A DNA stretch of 64,000 nucleotides from Desulfobacterales bacterium. Lineage in GTDB: Bacteria > Desulfobacterota > Desulfobacteria > Desulfobacterales > UBA2174. Below are positions 41,046 to 48,876 of this stretch, piece by piece; position 1 is the stretch's first letter, and each line of letters begins with the position of its first letter. The stretch is taken from the NCBI GenBank assembly GCA_963668645.2, contig CAXXWC010000018.1, forward strand, positions 352,001 through 416,000. Reading direction: 5' to 3'. The notes below the pieces were generated by a model that was not told the DNA's origin, did no database searches, and saw nothing but the letters and a program-made list of their open reading frames with translations. The position numbers and the translations under genes are program-made.

Positions 41046-41272
41046 TTCCTAAGCTCCCCCTTTCTTGCTTCGCCGTTGGTGAGTGACTGCCGGCAATCGG
41101 CATCGGAATTGACGCCTGGGGAGCTCAGGTGTAAAGATAACGAAGCTCCCCTTGCCGGGGATGCTGATCTGAAGGCAGCCGAAACGTCCTGGCCGGGATG
41201 CGGCTGCCTTCTTTTATCGGCGATCATATAAGAATCGGCACGGTGCCGATTTTGAACGCATCGGTCCTTTTG

Positions 41273-41328
41273 AAAATAAAAAAGCCATGAAGACAGGAGG
41301 GAACAACTCTCCCCCAGCCTCCATGGCT
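41273..41328 (-). terminator. Intrinsic terminator in the receptor leader
   Basis: Minus strand GCCATGGAGGCTGGGGGA..TCCCTCCTGTCTTCATGGC then T-rich tail. Confidence 0.7.
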
Positions 41329-41425
41329 GCATTACAACGTTAGTTGCTTATCGATTATTCTATTTGTTAGGTGTCTATTAAGGTGAGCGCCCTCGTTGCG
41401 CCCTTTTCGTTTTCGCTTAATAGAT

Positions 41426-41459
41426 TGTGGGCTATAGCCCACAGTGGTGGAGCTGTCAA
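41426..41459 (-). promoter_or_regulatory. Sigma70-like promoter overlapped by a perfect 18-bp palindrome
   Basis: TTGACA-17bp-TATAGC; TGTGGGCTATAGCCCACA at 41426-41443. Confidence 0.6.
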
Positions 41460-41594
41460 GAAAATTAGGGGCGCTGTTTTGCCTCTCCTGCCGCAAGCGC
41501 TGCAGCCGGCACTGCAGATTGTATCCTTGGAGGGTATGGCGTACCACGGTCGGCATCGTTGATGCGGCCTCGGTTTGCGTTTGACGAATGGCCC

Positions 41595-41629
41595 AAAAAA
41601 AATCCCGGATCGCCAATGATCCGGGATTT
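41595..41629 (-). terminator. Intrinsic terminator downstream of the cobalamin aptamer (expression platform)
   Basis: AAATCCCGGATC-loop-GATCCGGGATTT plus T run on minus strand. Confidence 0.8.
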
Positions 41630-41689
41630 CCCTGTTCTATTCGCAGATTACTTGTGGCCGCCACACCTTCCCCGAGGTGGTGGTGGTCA

Positions 41690-41835
41690 CACATTTTCAG
41701 GCGGGTCTTCTGACTGTCGGATCATCCTACAGGCCGCACCTTCCCAACCCAGAGTCAGTGGCGTGGTGCGGTCTTCGTCCCCGATTTTCACGGGGTTCCC
41801 TATCAAGCTCAGCTATGAACACCTGAAATTCTCAC
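41690..41835 (-). ncRNA. Cobalamin riboswitch, apparently with internal deletion
   Basis: Minus strand CAGGTG..ATAGGGAACCCCGTGAAAATCGGGGACG..GCCACTG..TGGGAAGG..AGTCAGAAGACCCGCCTG (B12 box). Confidence 0.85.
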
Positions 41836-41951
41836 AACCTGTTCGCAGTGCTTACTCAAAATGCAAGGAGCGCAGAGCAATAATAATCGTCTCTGCGCCC
41901 CCAACGCCTTTGCGGTCAAGGCCGATTGTTTGGGGCTAATAGGGGTTGATT

Positions 41952-42890
41952 CTACCCATCGCTCAGCTCGGCGATAACAATCAACCGGGTGGAGACGTCA
42001 CCCCAGTAAAGATCGTTGCCGATCGCCACGTACAGTTGGGCCATGGTATTCAGATTGACCGTTTTCCCCTCGATCGCCGGGACCGGGAGTTTAACCCCGG
42101 CCTGGCCGTTGAGCCACCCACCGCCGGAGATATCGCTGATGGTACGCGGCTGATCGAATTTCAGTTCGAAATTCTGCATCAAAACGGCTGCGCTTTTTAC
42201 ATCGGCTGAAAAGGTGACTGGATGGCATTTGGAAAAATCGGGGCTGCCGCTATAGCTGATATAGGTGATCGTAACTTCGTAAGCCGGCATATCTGGAATG
42301 ATGGCGAAAAGCCCCGCATCGAGACTCCCGGTGACAGTGGTGCTGTTCGTCATCTGGGCCACGCTCCCAATTTTGAAATTATTTTTTTCATCAAAGCGGA
42401 TATCGGTCCCCACGTTCAGCGAAAGAATCTCTTGTGACGGTTTGCCAAATGATAGCTCGAACCCGGAAATAAAGGGTTCCACAACATCTGGGTCCTCTCC
42501 GGAGGGATTGGGTACCGCCGGTGAAACGGTGCCGTCCTTGATGTCGTTTTCGTTTGCCAGCACCACGTCGTTTTGCGCACCGCCTGCCAGCCAGGCGATC
42601 ACCGTCACGGCGACAAAATTAAAGGTGTCGGACGGATCTAGGTCATGGCCCTGATCGTCGGTTAAGACAATCGAGGGGGATACCTTGACGGCGTTACTGC
42701 CCTGGGGTTCGGCATCCAGGTGTACGGCAAAATTGCTGATCTTCAGGTTCAGGATCTCCTTTGCCCCGGAGCGCACCTCCATGTTAAAGCCGGATAATCC
42801 CACGCTGTAGCTTTGGATGTCGCTGTCAAATTCAAACGTGGCCGATTGATTGATGCGGATCGATTTGGTTTGAAATGCCAATTGTCCCAT
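41952..42890 (-). CDS. Hypothetical beta-rich protein with three ~100-aa repeats (possibly lectin-like)
   Basis: VGLSGFNME / PFISGFELSF / VLMQNFELKF recurrences; GAGGAGG RBS. Confidence 0.6.
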   Translation of the reverse strand: MGQLAFQTKSIRINQSATFEFDSDIQSYSVGLSGFNMEVRSGAKEILNLKISNFAVHLDAEPQGSNAVKVSPSIVLTDDQGHDLDPSDTFNFVAVTVIAWLAGGAQNDVVLANENDIKDGTVSPAVPNPSGEDPDVVEPFISGFELSFGKPSQEILSLNVGTDIRFDEKNNFKIGSVAQMTNSTTVTGSLDAGLFAIIPDMPAYEVTITYISYSGSPDFSKCHPVTFSADVKSAAVLMQNFELKFDQPRTISDISGGGWLNGQAGVKLPVPAIEGKTVNLNTMAQLYVAIGNDLYWGDVSTRLIVIAELSDG

Positions 42891-43035
42891 TTGTTGCCTC
42901 CTCGTAGTTAGTTGTCGTCACCCTCCTCTACGTCATCGGTTTTCGCAGTTTCGCAGAAGCACATGGTATTTCGATCCTGGCCCGCAGCTGCAGATCTTTT
43001 TTTCAAACGGGTTAGCATAAAATCGAGGAATAAAG

Positions 43036-43180
43036 AGTCGGCTTTTTCAGATGAGAGCAGGGGGAGAGGTCGGGATTCGGACCTTCCGCTTAGGGAAATG
43101 CCCTTCCGGATATCAGTAGCAGCAGAACTCCGACGAAGAAACAGCAATAATGTATTTTAATATCAGGATCAAGGGAAAAA
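43036..43180. repeat. Diverged non-coding direct repeat, copy 1
   Basis: Shares AGTCGG.TTTTCAG.TGAGA, ATTCGG, CCTTCCGGATATCAG and ATATC.G.ATCAAGG.GAAAAA blocks with 53726-53886. Confidence 0.75.
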
Positions 43181-43451
43181 TAAGAATACTGAATATTTAT
43201 AAAATTAAGTTCTGGGTTTTTGCTTTTTGCGCTGTTCATTATGCATCATGCTATCTGCCTGTACAGCTGTAATAGCAGGGAATTGGCGGATCTCTCCTTG
43301 AAGCAGCCCGTATCAACTTCTTCATAATAAATAAAGTCTTTATTAAATTAAATAGATCAAATTATCATTGACTTAAGTAGATGGGTCTGGTATTGCCTTC
43401 GCGATCCAATGATCCAAACCAAATCCATGCTGGTCTTATACCAGGTTGGCG

Positions 43452-43630
43452 TATTCAATTGGCGATTAACCGCCTTCAGGGAAAAATTACGATGGTCGTG
43501 ATTGCCCATCGGCTTCCCCACTATCCGGAATGCCGATCAGGTTGTTGTTATTGATCAGGGCCGGATTTTGGAGCTTGGTCCATGGGACGTGGTTCGTTAT
43601 GGCCGGGAAAAGAGGCTTTCTTTGTCTTAG
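43452..43630 (+). pseudogene. C-terminal remnant of an ABC exporter ATPase
   Basis: IQLAINRLQGKITMVVIAHRL(frameshift)TIRNADQVVVIDQGRILELG. Confidence 0.75.
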
Positions 43631-43682
43631 GATGTCGTTTTGAAAATATAAACTGCCTTTCAGGACATGGGGTTTTATATAA

Positions 43683-44576
43683 ATGGGCTACTGTTACAAT
43701 GTCTTCGGGTTAACCATAAAATCCGAGATTGAGTTTCATGATCTCATGATTCCAGAAGCCGAGCCGGATGTCGTGATTCAATACGGCCGGGTTCCGGATA
43801 AATTAAAAACCCCGAGGGCAAGAGGCGTCCGTTTCGAGGCATCGCCCGGTGAGTTTCTTTTAAGAATCGACAATGTGGCACGCTATTACGTCAGTAAGGG
43901 CAACCGCATAAACATAGAGCCGGAAAATACGGGTCATGAACAGGATATACGTCTTTTTCTCATGGGCTCGGCCATGGGGGCCTTACTGCATCAGCGCAAC
44001 ATTTTGCCTGTTCACGGGAGTGCTGTGGCGGTCAATGGAAAAGGCGTCGTTTTTACCGGTCCTTCGGGTGTCGGCAAATCGACCCTGGCCGCGGGTTTCC
44101 ATAAACAGGGCCACCCGCTGGTGGCAGACGACATTTGCGCGATATCGACGGGAAAAAACGACCGGACCATGTTGATCCCTGGCCTTCCTTGTCTCAAGCT
44201 GTGGCACGATACCCTGAAAATACTGGATGCCTGTTCAGACAATTTGAAGCCCGTGCGCCATAACCGGAAGATCAAGAAGTATTATCTGCCCGCAGAGGCT
44301 ATATGCGATGCGCCTCTTCCTGTCAGTTCGATTTTTGGTCTTGAAACCACAAATCATGATCAATTCAAGATAACAACTTTGAACGGGATGGATAAAATTC
44401 AACCTCTTATCCGAAACACCTTTCGCAAGAATTTCCTGGAAGGGCTGAGCGGAAAGGAAAAGCATTTCGAGACCTGCGCGAGGATTGCATCGGAGGTGTC
44501 CATCTTCACCGTGATGCGACCCAGAAGCCCTTTTTTGCTTGACGAGCTCATGGAACTTGTGGGGGAGAAATTGTAA
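43683..44576 (+). CDS. HPr-kinase-like protein (lasso-peptide kinase type)
   Basis: YNVFGLTIKSEI, LFLMGSAMGALLHQR..HGSAV, GPSGVGKSTLA, LVADD, LKLWHD. Confidence 0.85.
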   Translation: MGYCYNVFGLTIKSEIEFHDLMIPEAEPDVVIQYGRVPDKLKTPRARGVRFEASPGEFLLRIDNVARYYVSKGNRINIEPENTGHEQDIRLFLMGSAMGALLHQRNILPVHGSAVAVNGKGVVFTGPSGVGKSTLAAGFHKQGHPLVADDICAISTGKNDRTMLIPGLPCLKLWHDTLKILDACSDNLKPVRHNRKIKKYYLPAEAICDAPLPVSSIFGLETTNHDQFKITTLNGMDKIQPLIRNTFRKNFLEGLSGKEKHFETCARIASEVSIFTVMRPRSPFLLDELMELVGEKL

Positions 44577-45433
44577 TGAAAGGGATCATATGGCTGGCGT
44601 CTTATCCAAAATCCGGCAATACCTGGTTCAGGATATTTCTGGCCAACCTGAAAGGAGACCAGAAAACGCCTGTTGATATAAATGCATTGGAAGGCTCCCC
44701 AATTGCAAGCGCAAGAAGCATATTCGATTATAACGTCGGGATCGAGGCCTCGGACCTGGATTTTGATGAGATTGATCGGTTAAGGCCTGAAGTATATCAA
44801 CACATGGCGGAAAAGTCCGAAGAAACACTGTTCATGAAGGTCCATGACGCCTATATTCATGTGAATGAAAATAGGCTGTTATTCCCCTTGGGAGCGACGT
44901 CCGGGGCTGTTTACCTGATTCGCAATCCCTTGGATGTCGCGGTCTCCTTTGCGTATCATTTAAATGTTGATTATGACACTGTCATTTCAAGAATGGCAGA
45001 TGAAAACCACAGCTTTTGTGATCACAATGATAGGCTTCAGAACCAACTTCGCCAGCAGCTTCTTTCATGGAGCGGTCATGTCCTGAGCTGGACAAGGGCC
45101 AAAATTCCGATTTGTGTTCTGAGATATGAAGACATGAAACAAAATCCGGTTGAGACCTTTAAAATGGCGGTTCGGTTTTTAAAGCTTACCCAAGAAGAAA
45201 ATCGAATCAAAAGTGCTTTGACATTAAGTACATTTGAAGAATTGCAGCGCCAGGAAAAAAAAATGGGTTTCAGGGAAAAAAGTCCGGAAACTGAAATGTT
45301 TTTCAGGCGAGGTGAGGTAGGAGCTTGGAGAGATGAGTTAACAGGTGGGCAGGCAAGACGAATAATTATGGATCATGGAAAAGTCATGCGAAGTTTCGGT
45401 TATCTGAATCAACAAAACCATGTAGTCTTTTAA
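44576..45433 (+). CDS. PAPS-dependent sulfotransferase (Sulfotransfer_1)
   Basis: WLASYPKSGNTW, YLIRNPLDVAVS, LRYEDM, FFRRGEVGAW. Confidence 0.92.
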   Translation: MKGIIWLASYPKSGNTWFRIFLANLKGDQKTPVDINALEGSPIASARSIFDYNVGIEASDLDFDEIDRLRPEVYQHMAEKSEETLFMKVHDAYIHVNENRLLFPLGATSGAVYLIRNPLDVAVSFAYHLNVDYDTVISRMADENHSFCDHNDRLQNQLRQQLLSWSGHVLSWTRAKIPICVLRYEDMKQNPVETFKMAVRFLKLTQEENRIKSALTLSTFEELQRQEKKMGFREKSPETEMFFRRGEVGAWRDELTGGQARRIIMDHGKVMRSFGYLNQQNHVVF

Positions 45434-45464
45434 TAGTGTTATTATATTCAAAAACGGAGGCTAC

Positions 45465-45755
45465 ATGACAGATATCTTGAAGATTAATCCGAAAACTCGG
45501 ATCTCGAGGAATGAGGAGCATGTGTCCGCTGAAATAGATGGTGAAACCGTTCTTATGAGCATTCAAAATGGGAAATACTATGGCATGGATGATATTGGAA
45601 CCCGCATATGGAAACTTTTGTCGGAACCGATTACTTTTATGGAATTAATCTCAATTCTGGCTAAAGAGTTTGAGGGGGACATGGGGCAGATTCGGTCTAA
45701 TACCCAGACTTTTTTAAGAGCTCTAAAAGAGGAAAGACTGATTCGATTTTTTTAA
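45465..45755 (+). CDS. PqqD-family RiPP recognition element (lasso B1-like)
   Basis: AEIDGETVLMSIQNGKYYGMDDIGTRIWKLL. Confidence 0.92.
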   Translation: MTDILKINPKTRISRNEEHVSAEIDGETVLMSIQNGKYYGMDDIGTRIWKLLSEPITFMELISILAKEFEGDMGQIRSNTQTFLRALKEERLIRFF

Positions 45756-45769
45756 TATTTGAGGAAATA

Positions 45770-47629
45770 ATGCAGATTAATAATAACCATTACTTGCCCA
45801 TTATTAAATGCCGACGACCGGTCGATAACGACGGAAAGCAAACATATCTGAGAAAGGTCTGTGGTGTTTCCCTGATCCGGATACTGGCCGAGCGATTGAA
45901 AAGGGTAGGGGATATATCCACGCCTGTTATGATATTGCATCAGGAAGAGCCGGAGACTGTGAGAGAAGCAAAAGGATTCGGCTGGATACCCCTGATAAAA
46001 AACCGTTGGCGGTTCAAAAATTTTTTAGCCCTGCCTGAATTTTTCAAATCCGACTATTTTCTTCTGTTCGATCTTGATTTTCCCTTTATTGATCCGGACA
46101 TTTTAAAATCTGTCATCAGCCGGATTCAGAAGGATACGTTTTCTGGTCTTTTTTCTCATCGCTATTCAGGCTTTTCTCCTGTGGCAGTAGTCAGAAAAAA
46201 AGAGGCATTGCTGGGTGTCTTAAAAAAATATAAATATCCTGATAATGTAGGTTGGCTCAGGTGCGTTGAAGATCTCATACCAGAGGGAAAAAGTGATAAG
46301 ATATCCATTCAAAGACCGGTGCTTTCCCATTGCCTTCGTTCGGATACGGTCAATTCCAAGATAATAGAGATCCTGGGGGGGCTAGGAGTCACCCTGGAAT
46401 CCATTTTGGTAGCAGAGGAAAGCGGGGAAATTGATACGGACAGAATTCTGAAAATTTCTCGAGACCGCCTTTATCAACGAATGCAGCATTCCAGTGCCCC
46501 GCACTGGGCCAACAGGGATCTAATACAATTTGAGTCCAGGCATGCCATCACCGAGGTCAGATCCTTTCCGATGGATCTCGCTATTACGATTACAGGGGCA
46601 TGTAGTGCCCGTTGCCTATTTTGTAATTACAAGCCAGGATATTACCAGAGCCACGACCATTTTACCCTCCAAGATTTTAAGAAGATGACCTGGTTGAAGT
46701 ATTTATCCAAACTCGGTCTGGGAGGAGGTGTGGGCGATCCCCTTGCTCATCCGGGATTTCTGAAAATATTTCATCACCTTAGAGAAGCCTATCCCCATCT
46801 CCTGCTCCGGGTTATCACCAACGGTATACTGATGAATCGAGAAATCCGTGAAGCATTTTCAAACAGTCTTTCAAGACTCCGGATTTCCATGAATGCTGCA
46901 ACTAAAGAAACATACAAAAAGATCATGAGAATCGATAATTTCGATAAGCTCTGCCGATCAGTCTCCCAGCTTTCCCGATTAAAGCGGAAGATGAAAACAG
47001 ATAAACCTGAAATTATTTTGATGATGGTGGTAAACCGGCTAAACGCCCACGAAGTTGTCCGGTTTGTCGAACTATCCCATAGACTTGGGGTACAGGCAGT
47101 AAACTTCTCCCACTTCGCAAAAGTTGTTATGACCCAAAGCGATATGCCAATGGAGGATTCTCTCTATTCAGATCAAAAGTATTCCGATTTACAGCTTGGC
47201 AGGGCTGAGAAACGAGCCAAAGCGCTGGGCTTGGGCCTATCGCGGCCCTCAGCCTTCACCGAAAAAGGATGTCTATGTTTTCAGGGCGAACGCTTTATGA
47301 AAGTCCCTGAAATGTGCTATTTCCCATGGACCACGGCCTATCTTGTAAAAAGTCGCACCCCCCCCTATACAGATAGACTGCAATTCTGTTGCGTGGGGGT
47401 TGAAAGCGCCATTTCTTATAAGAGAGAGAGCCTTAGTACGGAAAATTTTGTAAAACTATGGAATCATCCTTATCTTCAACATTACCGTAAAACAGTTAAT
47501 AGCAGTCAAAAGAATCCTGTATGCCGTTTTTGCAGAACCGTGGATCAGGCTGATCCCAATAACTATGAATTTTGCAGCAAGATGCGTTCAGGCGGTTTTA
47601 TAGACACATCGTATCAGGTTGCACACTGA
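45770..47629 (+). CDS. Radical SAM protein with C-terminal SPASM/twitch-like Cys and N-terminal cytidylyltransferase-like region
   Basis: CSARCLFC, GGGVGDP, ITNG, CYFPW..FCC..CRFC; N-terminal DFPFIDP. Confidence 0.82.
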   Translation: MQINNNHYLPIIKCRRPVDNDGKQTYLRKVCGVSLIRILAERLKRVGDISTPVMILHQEEPETVREAKGFGWIPLIKNRWRFKNFLALPEFFKSDYFLLFDLDFPFIDPDILKSVISRIQKDTFSGLFSHRYSGFSPVAVVRKKEALLGVLKKYKYPDNVGWLRCVEDLIPEGKSDKISIQRPVLSHCLRSDTVNSKIIEILGGLGVTLESILVAEESGEIDTDRILKISRDRLYQRMQHSSAPHWANRDLIQFESRHAITEVRSFPMDLAITITGACSARCLFCNYKPGYYQSHDHFTLQDFKKMTWLKYLSKLGLGGGVGDPLAHPGFLKIFHHLREAYPHLLLRVITNGILMNREIREAFSNSLSRLRISMNAATKETYKKIMRIDNFDKLCRSVSQLSRLKRKMKTDKPEIILMMVVNRLNAHEVVRFVELSHRLGVQAVNFSHFAKVVMTQSDMPMEDSLYSDQKYSDLQLGRAEKRAKALGLGLSRPSAFTEKGCLCFQGERFMKVPEMCYFPWTTAYLVKSRTPPYTDRLQFCCVGVESAISYKRESLSTENFVKLWNHPYLQHYRKTVNSSQKNPVCRFCRTVDQADPNNYEFCSKMRSGGFIDTSYQVAH

Positions 47630-47631
47630 TC

Positions 47632-48219
47632 TTAAAACTGATACCCGAAAAACTCAATATCTTTGCGGCACTGACTGCGGACGATCCTTTCGGATTCACC
47701 ACTGTAATAGCACTGGTAGGCGTCGTGTGCCGTTCGGTTGATCCGGGGGATTTGCCCGGCTTTAATGTTGATGGAGGAAAAAATATCTCGCAGGTCGGTC
47801 TCGAAGCTCTCATGCCGGCCGATTCGGCTGACGAGCAAATCACCATTGGTGTCACACAGGTAATCGAGCTGATTCGTAAATGGACACAGACCGTTGGAAT
47901 TTAGTCTTTTTGGCCCAACCCAATAGCGAATGAATTCATCGAAATTCGTGATCGGGTTTGCGCTGTTATTCAATGCGGCGCCCTGGCGAATCAACGCATA
48001 CCAAGAGACCCATCTTTCCCAAGGGTTTCTTACGAATGCGAAAGAATAGTAATCCTGAAATCTTGGCCATAGTCTATTGCGGGCGCTTGCAATCGGCTCG
48101 TGCTGTCCCAAAAACGGAATCGAGTCCGGCAGGAGCTGAAGCAGCAGATTGGTGATGGTGGTCCCGCCTGTCCGATGGAGATGGACAAACAATATTTTTT
48201 TTTGAGTACAGAGAATCAT
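47632..48219 (-). CDS. Sulfotransferase family 2 protein
   Basis: FVHLHRTGGTT, FAFVRNPWERWVSWY, DIEFFGYQF. Confidence 0.85.
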   Translation of the reverse strand: MILCTQKKILFVHLHRTGGTTITNLLLQLLPDSIPFLGQHEPIASARNRLWPRFQDYYSFAFVRNPWERWVSWYALIRQGAALNNSANPITNFDEFIRYWVGPKRLNSNGLCPFTNQLDYLCDTNGDLLVSRIGRHESFETDLRDIFSSINIKAGQIPRINRTAHDAYQCYYSGESERIVRSQCRKDIEFFGYQF

Positions 48220-48527
48220 CGCAGTAACCACTAAAATGTTAAGCTCAATAACTAACGGGCATCTTTCTTTTCCAGAGATATTTTAGCCGCCTGAGGTCTT
48301 ATTTCAAGCGAAAATGTAAAAAAAAGGGAAGTTAAGTGTATCAGAAAAAACGTATTTACCTGTTTTTAATGTTATATCCCTGAAATCAAAGGGTTGTGGG
48401 GTTGACAGGAGGGATGATTTGCTCTATTTATGCAATGTTGTAACGTTATCCGGCTCCCAGAGAGTAGAGTGGCTGTATTCACTGCCATCATTTATAGGCA
48501 ACTATTCAAACAGGAGGTAACCGGCAA

Positions 48528-48746
48528 ATGAATAATAGATCTGCATTATTAACAAGAGAAGTATCGGAAACTCATAAAGCCAAGTCATCCAGTGTCTCCC
48601 CTGAAGCGTTTTCATGCGGCATCATGAATGCTTCTCTGCGCAAATGTTGGCGCTCCCCAGTATTCAAACAGTTGGATGCAGCAGGGACGAGTACAACCAC
48701 TTCATTTGGAGCAGATGCTGCTTCTCCTCCATATGAAGCCAGTTGA
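48528..48746 (+). CDS. Putative lasso-peptide precursor (paeninodin-like)
   Basis: AGGAGG RBS; leader WRSPVFKQLDAAGT-S, predicted core TTTSFGADAASPPYEAS; TTGACA-17-TATTTA at 48402-48430. Confidence 0.75.
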   Translation: MNNRSALLTREVSETHKAKSSSVSPEAFSCGIMNASLRKCWRSPVFKQLDAAGTSTTTSFGADAASPPYEAS

Positions 48747-48876
48747 AAGGCCGGCCCTTAGGATTAACAAGGGGATGGCAAAGCTGTTTTTCAGACATTT
48801 TCCTGTTCCAGATTTTATCTTCGAGGCCAATCCGTAAAATCCGCCAAGCTTTTAGGGAACTGGCCGGAGGGGACAT

